Of a stretch of DNA of 64,000 bases, positions 45,460 through 55,500 are shown one piece after another; position 1 is the first letter of the stretch; each line of letters begins with the position of its first letter. The DNA lies in the NCBI RefSeq assembly GCF_000315625.1, contig NW_005434670.1, positions 268,237 to 332,236 on the forward strand, given 5' to 3'. The DNA is from Guillardia theta CCMP2712 (lineage: Eukaryota; Protista; Cryptophyta). The notes below the pieces were generated by a model. It was not told the DNA's origin. It worked only from the letters and a program-made list of their open reading frames with translations, and did not search any database. The translations under genes and the position numbers were made by a program.

Positions 45460-46435
45460 ATCCCGGAGTCCTCCCGACGTCCGTGTGAAGCAGGAGGGCA
45501 GAGCCAGGGTGGGATGTAGGGAGGGCGAGAGGTGCGGAGGAGCAGGAGAGCAGGGGATGTGCGAGTGGAAGTAGACTAGCGCCGCGCAGAGGATGGCGAA
45601 AGGCGGAGGGTGCCAAGCTGAAGCGACGGTTGCGCTGAGAGATCATTGATGGAGGGTGGGGTATGCCCAGGACGGGTAGCTGGAGCCTTTATTCCATGAA
45701 TAAAGATAGGGGTCACAGGATTCTGACACTTTCTGCAGGGGTACGGTACTGTCAGTAATGGTGTTGAGTGAACCCCGGGCCAGGCAAACTCGGCACTGAA
45801 TACCCGCCGGGCCCGGCGGCGACCGGGCCCGGAGCTTTTGCTTTTCTCGGGGTGGCAAACCTGACTCGGCCCCGAGTTCATCGGGCGGAAATGCGCGGGG
45901 CAGTGGATTGATGGTAGGAGAGCAGAGGGCATGAGCGCAAGATGGTGAGAGAGGAGGACGAGAGCTCGAACGTGATCGACATGGTGATGCAGCTTGCGCT
46001 CAAGGAATGCTCCATGTGACGATTGCGTCCTCCAGAAAACTCACTTTGAGCATCAGTAGCACTGAATCCTCCGTTGTCCGTCTTGGAGTATCCTCGCACA
46101 CAGCTAGGAGATGTGCTCTCCAGATCAGCACACCTTATGAATGTCAAGATCAGCGGAAGCTCTCAGCCATCCAGCCGCGATCATCCGTCTCACGTTGCTT
46201 CTGTGCTGCAGCGCGATCAACCCTGCCCGTACTTCGTTGCTGTGTCCCGAGATGATTAGAAGCTCGAAACTTCAAGACAGACGTCTGTCTGCTGGTGATG
46301 GTGCCGTTCCCCTTGTGTTGTTCTGAGCTGTGCTGCACAAACTGTTGTCGCAGCCCTACCTACCCTCAAGCAGGAGGTGATAGCGCGCATTAGCACAAGA
46401 CTGTCATACGAGATTGTTGACGTCCGGTTGAGCAG

Positions 46436-46757
46436 AGGGATGGGGAGGATGTGCGGCATATCCCACGAATGATGCCAGACAGCTGTCATATGAGACATGG
46501 TGAAAGGAGTACATGTTTGCAAACAGGTGCTGTCCAAGGAAATACCAAGCGCTCTAACGGGGCCAACAGGCCGGTGATCATCAGCGGCATCAGCGATGAC
46601 TGGGGATGTCGAGGATGGGTCAAGACATGCGAAAGATGCCATAGGGGTGGAGAAGCTGTGCATGTATCATACTGACCTTGCTGACCTTTGTCATACAGTC
46701 GACTGCCTTATGTCAAACCAGATCTCGACCTCCTCGAGACAATGTTTGAAAAGGAAG
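46436..46757 (+). pseudogene. Disabled JMJD4-like (JmjC hydroxylase) N-terminal fragment
   Basis: RHIPR(frameshift)DARQLSYETW*KEYMFAN-[intron 46527-46569]-RPVIISGISDDWGCRGWVK...KPDLDLLETMF resembles the JMJD4 N-terminus (LSY.EF...Y...N.PV...G..DDW....WV...P.L..L); in-frame TGA at 46501-46503; the JmjC core is absent. Confidence 0.65.
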
Positions 46758-46779
46758 GAGTCGAGCAAGATTTGGAGAG

Positions 46780-47910
46780 GTGCAGCTGAGCTGGGAGGAG
46801 GCCATACAGAGCGGAGAGATCGAGCGGATGGAGGAGCTGATCCGCGAGGATGCCCAACTTCTCACCAAGCCCATGCGAGTCGCAAGGATCATCAATGCCC
46901 CGCGCCTTCAGGGTAGAGACGGCTTCCCTGTGCTGCCCATCGTTGCTGCTGCTCTGTACCGCCGCTTCGACGTCGTTGACGCGCTGCTGCCGCACTACGG
47001 AGCGATAGGAATGCAGTTTGACGCGTTCGTCATGACCGTCTTGTCCGGGAGCAAGCGAGCTCGTCAGGCGCTCAAGGAGATGCTAGGGGAGCATCCTCAC
47101 ATCCTCAGGGAGCTCTGTCCCAGCAGCGCTTTCATCGGAGGTCGGCAAGCCACCCATCCCCTTGCCTCGTCACGTGGGCCGACCGAGGACCTCAGGCTCG
47201 TCGGCTGCTCCCTTCTCGAGATCGCCGCGAAGTTGCAGCTGACCGACACGGTACAGCTGCTCCTCCAGCTGGGCTCGACGCACACGCTAGTCTCTGCCCT
47301 GCAGGCTGGTGCGGTGGAAGAGCTACGGAGGATCTTGCGACAAAGCCCAGCTGGATTCAACCTTGTCAATCGTCACTTTGACGGAAGGAGTGCGGCGGAG
47401 GCGAACATCCATAGCATGACTCCGCTCATGTACGCAGCCTGCAGGAACGACGTGGCGATGGCACGCATGCTGCTGGAGGAGGGAGCCGACATCTTCGTCC
47501 AAAGGAGGGGGCAGAGCTCTACCTGCATCAACTACGCGCAGATCTATGACCGGAACGTACAGCAGCGCTTCCCCATGCTGCTGCTGCTCCTCGAGGAGTA
47601 CAGGAGGAGGAGGAGGGCAGGGGAATGTCCTCCGGACTGGATCAACCTGAGGGAGAGGTGCAATGAATGGATGGACAGCACGCACCCGGACGCAAAGAAC
47701 CTCATCGTCGAGTACGAGCTCGATATGGATGAGGACGACATTGAAGGCGTTGACGAGGTCGTCTCGGAGCTTGAGAGGCACTTGGTTGCATCCTGGCTTG
47801 AGCCATATAGCCTCCACATGGCGTGTAGCGACATGGCCATGTGTTTAGTCTTGAGAGGAGCGGGAGAGGAGCGCAAGAGGCTCCTGTGGAGGAGGAGAAG
47901 CGAGGATTGA
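46780..47910 (+). CDS. Ankyrin-only partial duplicate of the CHAT gene (arm B, 46780-47775) with a different C-terminal tail; expressed gene or pseudogene
   Basis: Protein identical to the C-terminal ankyrin region of the CHAT protein except one Y->C; first in-frame ATG at 46828; tail HLVASWLEPY...RRRSED*. Confidence 0.55.
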   Translation: MQLSWEEAIQSGEIERMEELIREDAQLLTKPMRVARIINAPRLQGRDGFPVLPIVAAALYRRFDVVDALLPHYGAIGMQFDAFVMTVLSGSKRARQALKEMLGEHPHILRELCPSSAFIGGRQATHPLASSRGPTEDLRLVGCSLLEIAAKLQLTDTVQLLLQLGSTHTLVSALQAGAVEELRRILRQSPAGFNLVNRHFDGRSAAEANIHSMTPLMYAACRNDVAMARMLLEEGADIFVQRRGQSSTCINYAQIYDRNVQQRFPMLLLLLEEYRRRRRAGECPPDWINLRERCNEWMDSTHPDAKNLIVEYELDMDEDDIEGVDEVVSELERHLVASWLEPYSLHMACSDMAMCLVLRGAGEERKRLLWRRRSED

Positions 47911-48904
47911 AACTCTCCCTCCTCGCTCAACTCTCTCCATCCTACTCGGCTCAGCCCGTTGAACAGTGTCGCTGCAGTCATTGCGTCCTCCTCTTCCGAA
48001 GTTCCGCCTCCACCAGTCGCGCGAAGTTGTCTCAGAGTCACGTAGACTCAGAGGCAAGTAGCGGGCCCCGGCCCAACGGTCCGATCATGGGCCGATCGGA
48101 CTGGCACACAGTTGTCCTCGTACTGACTCAGGAAGTTCAAGTGCCGGCGTCACAGTTCAACTTACTAGTTAACTGGGCCGCCCGCCCGCCGCCGGGCCGC
48201 CGAACTCGCCGTGCCGGGCTGATTGAGTCAGTTACCGTGCCGGTTCTCCGGGACGGTCCGGGACTCCGGGCCCGGAAGCTTCAGACCGGCCGGGCTACCG
48301 TGAGTAACGGAAATAAAACCGGCTATTAAGAACCCCCACCCCCACAATGCTGTAAAGTTCTACACATAAAGACCGCACGACCCTACCCCTAGGGAGAATC
48401 CAAAATTGATTTCCTATTTGAGGAAAATGGAGGGTAGTTTGATAGTTACATTGGGGGTAGGAGCTGTCCCAGTTTATGCAAGAGGGGGTAGGGGTTAAGC
48501 CAGTGTGAGTTGACAAATGGTGGGTGGGTGGGTAGTTTGCGTGTTGGAAAGGGGTCATTTCTAGGGCTATTGATGGGGATAAGGAGGGGTGTCGTGAATT
48601 TTGATTTGATTCTTCAAGGGGTAGATTCCCATGTATTTGATAGGGTGGGGGTGGGGGGTGTTCGTTCTTGCTGTCTCCTACGCCCGCCGTGCAGAACATC
48701 CCTGCTGCGTCCTCCACCTCCCCCGCCCCTCTCACGCCCCCCTCCTCTTGCCCCCTACTGCCTCATATCATCTCCTTCCTCGTCCCTTGGCCTTGCCTCC
48801 TGTTTCTCTCCCTCCTCAAGTGTCTAGTGCTGCCAGAGATCCAGCTCACACACTCCTCGCAATAGCAACCAGCGTTCAAACTCTGTTGCTGATCCGCGCA
48901 CATC

Positions 48905-49492
48905 ATGGCTGGTTGCGGTGTCCTCGGCATGGCCTTCGCATGCAGTGCGCTCTACTCGTTTACTCCTCACTCTACTTCACCCGTTAGCCGCAGCCATTCT
49001 CCTCTTTTCTCCCGCTCCCCCTCGTTGAGCGTGGCCTATAAGGGGCCGGAGACGAGGGACATTCCTCCCTGGGAGGAGGAGATGCTGGAGATCTTTGCGA
49101 GGTCCCCGCTGTTCAACCCCGAAGCTAGCCGCAAGCGTGTTGAGAGGAAGTCAGCACACGGCCATGCTGGGCCGGATGTCGACCTGGATGCCGCACTGGA
49201 CTCCAACAGCATGTATGGGATCCGGAGCGACATCATGGAGATCTTCGTTCTTGCAGCAAGGAACAAACCCGGTGTACGTCTGACTCTAGGAGAGCCCAGT
49301 CGACCCGAACCCGCCTCTCCCAGGGCTGCAGTGAAGCAGGTGACTAGCCGTGTGGCGGAACGAGAGCGAATCAAAGTCGTCAGGCCGCGGCAGGAGGCTG
49401 TGAATGGCGGCAATGATTCGAGCTCAGCCCAGCGGTCATGGGAATCCGAACTCCACTCTATCTTTCAGGCAAATCCGCTCACTAGAAAGTGA
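48905..49492 (+). CDS. Hypothetical plastid-targeted protein, 195 aa
   Basis: Signal peptide MAGCGVLGMAFACSALYS|F followed by a Ser/Pro/Arg-rich transit-like peptide (FTPHSTSPVSRSHSPLFSRSPSLS): a bipartite leader with Phe at +1. Confidence 0.7.
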   Translation: MAGCGVLGMAFACSALYSFTPHSTSPVSRSHSPLFSRSPSLSVAYKGPETRDIPPWEEEMLEIFARSPLFNPEASRKRVERKSAHGHAGPDVDLDAALDSNSMYGIRSDIMEIFVLAARNKPGVRLTLGEPSRPEPASPRAAVKQVTSRVAERERIKVVRPRQEAVNGGNDSSSAQRSWESELHSIFQANPLTRK

Positions 49493-49560
49493 AAGATGTG
49501 CCTTGTTGTGTTTCTTTACTATGATATTCTTTTTGTCTTCATAAATTCCCGTTTCCCTTG

Positions 49561-52500
49561 TTACCCGTCCCTCTCCAGCAGGCGGCAGAGAACCTGTAAG
49601 CACCGTCATCATCACCGAGCCACCAGTCAGTCACAGCGTAGACCTTGTGAGCATGACTGGGAGCAAGGAAAGGCTCCAGCTCTTGCCGGGTGAGAGGGGA
49701 GGGCCTTCCCTCCCTCATGCATCGCTCAATAGCGCTGGGCACGGGAAATCATGTCAGGAGTGTCGGAGAGTGAGGGAGGTGGTTCACCTTCGCTCGTAGA
49801 CATGACCGTCGGAAGCGAGGACAGGCTCTTTCATGAGCTCCTGCGTGATGGGGCACGAGCATAGCTCCCTGCTCGCGCGGTTGACAAGGGAAGGAGGAAG
49901 CACATTGCAAGGTGAGCCACGTACCTCAGCCTGTCTTGCCTGGACACCAGCTCCTCAACAGTACCCTGAAGGGACTGGAAGTTCCGTTTGACAGAGTGCA
50001 GCTCCTTTTTCAGCTCGACGGAGTGCTGGATGAGCTGCTTCTGATCGAGCGAGAGCGGAACCTCCATCTTCTTCAATAGGCTCTCAACGGCTGAAACAAC
50101 CTCGGAACTCGTGATGCCCTGGCCTCCTTCCCTCGTGACCTGAGGGACTTGTGGGGCAGGGGCTGAGTGGTCGCTGGGGAGGGAGGGAGGAGAGTCTTGC
50201 GGTTGAGCTGAGCAGATCCATCAGGAAGCATGCAAGGCGTGCAAGGAGGTGTACTTGTGGGTTTGAAGGAGAAGAGATCTGACGATAGCATCCACTTGGT
50301 CTGATTCATGCCGATACGCACGGGCAGGCGTTGGATGCCGCAGTCTGCATGGCGGTCATGTCATGTCCGCGACGCTACCTCACTCACCCATGTCCTCCTC
50401 TTCATCTGTACTGGGCTGGTTCTCTCCTATCACTCCGTAGTGGAAGTTGCTATCCTGCTCGAAGGCGATGATCTCTCCTACCCGGAACCTGCGGCACGGC
50501 TATCCCACGAGTCTCTGTCAGAAGAAGCTGCTGGTTGAGAGCAGTTCGACTACCTCGAGCACGAGCAGCTCGTGGTCCATGGGGACAAGTTTGCTCCCAG
50601 GTGAGCCCCTCGTTCTTAACGAGTCCCTGCCTTCTCCCTTCATCCCCATCTTTTCCATCGCCTCCAACATGTCCGCCGGCTCCAATGCTGTAAGTATGGA
50701 GTCAAGACAACATCTTGCCAGCGAGGATGCAGCAGACTTAGAAGGTAGGACAGGAGAAGCAGATTCCTTCCCAGCTGGCTGCCGATGTACTGATCTACAG
50801 CTGAGGCCAACACCTAAGGGGAGACAGTGAGTGCGAGCCGTGGAGAGATGATGGAGATCGACCTGGTAGGAGGAGAGATGAGGAGGAAGATGGTTGGCAA
50901 GGAGGATCCTGCCTCGCGAGTGATCCAGGAAGAACCATGTCTGCTGGCTTCTTATCTTTGGTAATCTCCTCCAAGGACAAGCACCTCAATGCTACTTCTG
51001 CTAGACACTTGTCTGCCGTCTAGGAAGAGAGAGTAGCGGAGGGTCTCAGTGAAACACACTTGCAAGCTTGCCAGCTTCCGTTGGACCTCGTTCTCTCCCA
51101 CCTGGACGTAAGCTGAGATGACGACAGGAAACAGTCTCATGCCTTACGTCCTCGTGGCACATCGAGAGCAATGCCGTTGCAAATTCACGAGAAGACAGCC
51201 GTGCTGTAAGAGCTGCAGCCTCCGGGCATTCCATCACCGAAGGCTCCTCCTTGACAAGCTCGTCATCAGCAAGGGACAGCACAAGAGCGAAGGAGGTACC
51301 AGCAGTTGGTGACTCAGTGCCTTGCTGAGGTCTCGGATCCCGAGAACAGAGCAGAACGCCGTGAGTGAAGGATGGACAAGTTGTACGACATTGCGGTCGA
51401 TGGTCAGCAGAAGCTCCCGGTCCTGCCATCACATCAACGGGGCAAGGGCTTTTGATAGACTCTAACCAGACAGTGGAAGCAATCTTGGCTGGATCTCAGG
51501 ACACAGTGGACGTCTGGAACAGGCAGCGAGCCGTGGAAGTTTGCTCCGGAGTCTGCAACTGCTCCAATCACCTTGTAAACATCCCAGTCAGCTCCTTGGA
51601 TTCTAAGGTTGCCAGACCTTCACTACAGCTGCCAGCTCGTTGGGGTTCAGCGGCAATCTGCGGCTCTGCTCGACATGACGTTCACAGGGAGCAGGAAGCG
51701 GAGGAGGGAGCACCTCGCTGCTGACTTCGTGGAGAAAGTTCACCAGGTCATCCGTGGAAGGCTCCTCTTTGCATCCCAGTGACTGCAGCGAGTTGAGAAA
51801 GAAACGACGACAGGGATCAAGACCCGCAACAGATGCTCGTGAGTTCCGAAGCTTCGGGGGACCTCGAACATGAAGGGTGCATAGTCTCCTTGCAAGCTGC
51901 AAGCAGTGAGCGAGGAGGAGGCGCAGGGTCACAGTGAGACCGGAAGAAGAGGCGGGAGGCCCGCACGAGCTTGACATCGCCTGTGGGGCCCACGGGGATA
52001 AGCTCGATCGTCTGAAGGCTCTTCCTTTGCTTCTCCGTCATGCCCTGTGGATGGTGAGCAAGAGCAGCAGGGAGGAAGTTTGTAGATTGACCTTCCAACT
52101 TCTCCCCAAGTATCCCAAAAGTTTGTGAAAGCCCTCGGTCAGCTCCTCCTCGACTGGCCAGAGGGACACGGGGACTCTCTGAAGCCCTTGGAGGTGCTCG
52201 AGGACGCGGGGGAGTGGAGGAGGACTCTGCGAGGAGGTCACATGACATGAGCACAAGTCAATCTGCCGGCACCTCAACTTTGAAGACTTTGCACATCATT
52301 TGGTTGAGGTTCACATCCCCTGTAAGGATGGGCGAGACGGACCAGACCTGCACTTGAGTCGTGAGCCATTGGGATGGAAGATTGTATTGCGATTCAGGAA
52401 GAGAGCGAGGTAGTTGATGACGATCATGTTGGGATGCCATCAAGTGAACAACTCAGAGGACCAGGTGACGTCACCATAAACTTGTCGGAAGCCAACGAAA

Positions 52501-55500
52501 CCTCTTGAAATCGGCACAACTGAACTTCGTGAGTCCAATGCTTGTTGTTTACAAGTACAGGAGGCAAGAGAGCAGGCACAAAAGGTATCGATCCTGTAGC
52601 GACAAACATGTCAGGGAATACCTCCTCTGGAGATCCGGCAAATTCCTACCAAGCTCTGTACAGAACGCCGAATTCTGAAGGGACGAGAAGTTGTTGACCA
52701 GGTGCCGCATCAGCATTTCTGAGGTTTCAACACAAAAGTTCTTCTCTTGGTCATCTGCAGTCGAAGTAGCAAATCGAGATGTGACTTTCCTCGCGCACTA
52801 GCAACAGTGTCACTTGATAAGGTAACAAGAATCATAAACCTACAATGAGAAACAATTCGGCATCTATGAACGTCTTGAGTCCGAGCTGACGCAATATGGA
52901 CAACCACTCATCGCTTGTCATGTCTCCTTGCGGAAAGAGTGGCTCGGAAGAAAAGATTCTCCATAACAACCTTTATCGTGTCAAGAGCAGAACCATCGAT
53001 GGCGGAGTTATCACCGGTTGCTGGGGTCGAACAACTCGTTCGGACGGTACAGGTGCTCTCCAACCTCCACGAAGGCAAGCTCTCGCAGCTTGTCGACAAG
53101 ATTCGTCCTCCTTTGTATCTGAGAGTTGAGATCACAAAAGTTCGGCTGCTCATACTTCGAGGTGACCTTAGGCCAATGGCAGCGCAGCTGCTCCAGCGCA
53201 GCTTGTCTCCGGGAAATGTCAAAAGTCTGAAATTTGGGGAGAACAAACATTTCGAAGAGCGCCGCATCATCGAGTTCTTCAACGCCTAATGCTGCAAACA
53301 AGGTTAGCCCTCCGATCATCTACCCTATCACCGGCTTTTACCATCATAGAATCTTTTCTCTTGCAACTTCAGCAGCCTCTGGTCTTCAACATGAAGAGGA
53401 ACGTTGGTGGGGCAGAGGAAATAGTCTCCTTCATCGATTGATACAAAGTTGCCTTGCTTCGTCTCGAAGATGGGAAGACTTCGAAGCGAACGTATTTCTG
53501 ATGTGTTGATCATATTCTACGAGTAAACAAATGCAGTCAGGAAGGTTTGAATATCGTGTATGCACAGTCACCGTTCGATGTGCGTTGGCGAAAAATTGAA
53601 AGACTGCAACACATTCGTTTGCTGGAAGATTGGACCTCAATGCTCTGTCACCGGTGCTCACCGAGGACAAGGAAACAAGCGCTTGGCGAGCAAAGGCAGT
53701 AGGATCTGTCTTCGGCAGCAAAGCAGAGAAGACTGGCAAGTATGTGTCAAAGGATCAGTAGTGGATTGAAGGACAAGGTAGTGCCTGGATGAATAATGGG
53801 ACATCCTAGTTGTCTCAGTCCTGTGAGGAGAGGGTTCCTCTGCAGGTAAAGTGTAGTCGATTCCATCGAGTGACCCTCCGTCCCCTCCGCATCGAATTCG
53901 AGGCGATCGCTCCCGAAGTCAAAAATCCGCAACTCTTGTCCCTCACCCGCCAACTCAGTGCTCTCAGCAGGCAGGTCTTCGGTCAGGTTCAGGACCTGCA
54001 CATGTTTCAGTCCGTCATGACAACACAAGGCAGCAAACCTGCATGATGCACTCTGAAGACACCAGGTCGCCGTCGCACAAGGGGATGAGAGGCCACTCGT
54101 CGACGAGATAAATTCCCCGCACCCCAACAAACTTCCAAAAGTTGTGGAGCCACCCCGGAGGAGGAAGCCCGACGCCTCCGCTGCTGTAGCCGCTCACACG
54201 CCTGCACCTCTTCCAGCTGGCTGGCAGCACAGAGTCAAGTCTCCGAATGAAAAGTTCAGGTGTGAATCGCTTGAGCGACGTCGATTGAAGGAATTCATCG
54301 TTACTGAACCAACCCCTCAACCTGTTGTGACAATGTCAGGGCACAACAACAGAGAACCGAAGCTTTCTAGACCTCGACGAACAGCGGTGATGTACAAATG
54401 AGTTTTTCAAGCCGGGAAGTAAATTCTACAAGCATGTCAAGTTCGTCAGAATGTGGACCTGGGCTGACCTGCTCCTCCTCTGAAGCTACAAGGGCGTCGT
54501 GGGGAAAATTGACAATCGTGCCGTTGGCTAATGGCAAGAGGCGAACAGAATGAAGAGATCTGAAATCTTTCCTGCCATGGCTCGAGAGGTCTTGCAGGCA
54601 AAACTCAAGCACGTCGATGGCAATGTCAATGTTGTCGCTGTTCTCCTGCTTCACGACACCTGCGACAAGGTCGATGTTGTCAGTCGTGGGAGGCGCGGGC
54701 CTGCATCGTGAGCAACCTGCAAGAAGAGCGTCGAAGAGACGAGGGTCGCCCTTGAGCCTGGCCCTCACCTTGTCAGGGCTGATCTCACTGACGTCTCGGA
54801 TCCCCGCATTTCGAATCTCCGACCCGATGAAAGGAGGACAGGAGAAGAGAGGAAACATGAGCGCACACAGGCGCTGCAAGCTGCTGTTGGAGGCTTCGGG
54901 AGGAAAGACTCCGGCTTGCAACTTCACAAAATTTCCTGAGCTGAGCAAGAAAAGTGGGAGTTGGCCAAGTTTGCTATAAACTGGCCGATGGACAGTGTCG
55001 ATGAAAGGGTTTTCAATAGAAGAAAGCTGAGGCCAGAGGGAGTAGAAGAGAAGGGGAACATCCTTGAATCGCGGGCACAGAGCAGAAACAAGGTCAACAT
55101 ACGCATCGCTCGAGCTCTCCAAGAGCTCTTGATTCCACTCCAGCTCGAACCTCTCGATGCTCGAAAGATTCTCCTTGCTGAGGCCCTGCTGAAGCAGGGC
55201 AAACGCATTGGACGTGAGTTCGAACCAGCCGTTGATGTGCACCGGAAGGCCCGTGCGCATCACTTTGCTGTATGCAAACAGATGCCCTTCAAGCTTCGGC
55301 AGCGTCGACCCGTCACAGGAGAGGAGAGCAGCAACCGATACGCAAGGAATGAGTTTCTTGGTCTTCTGTTCAAGGGCCATCTTGCGGCTAGTGCGTGATC
55401 CTATCATGCCAGCGATGAGCCAGTGATGCTGCTGTCTGACGTCATTACGATAGTTCAGGGAGTTGATCTTCAGCTCATACATGTGCTTGATGGCAGGTAC

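Noticed and set aside
41398-47775. TIR transposon or Polinton reading of the 996-bp inverted repeat; hairpin RNA source
   Set aside because: The arms are ankyrin coding sequence, with no transposase, integrase or TSD seen. The ORFs diverge, so neither predicted mRNA contains both arms.
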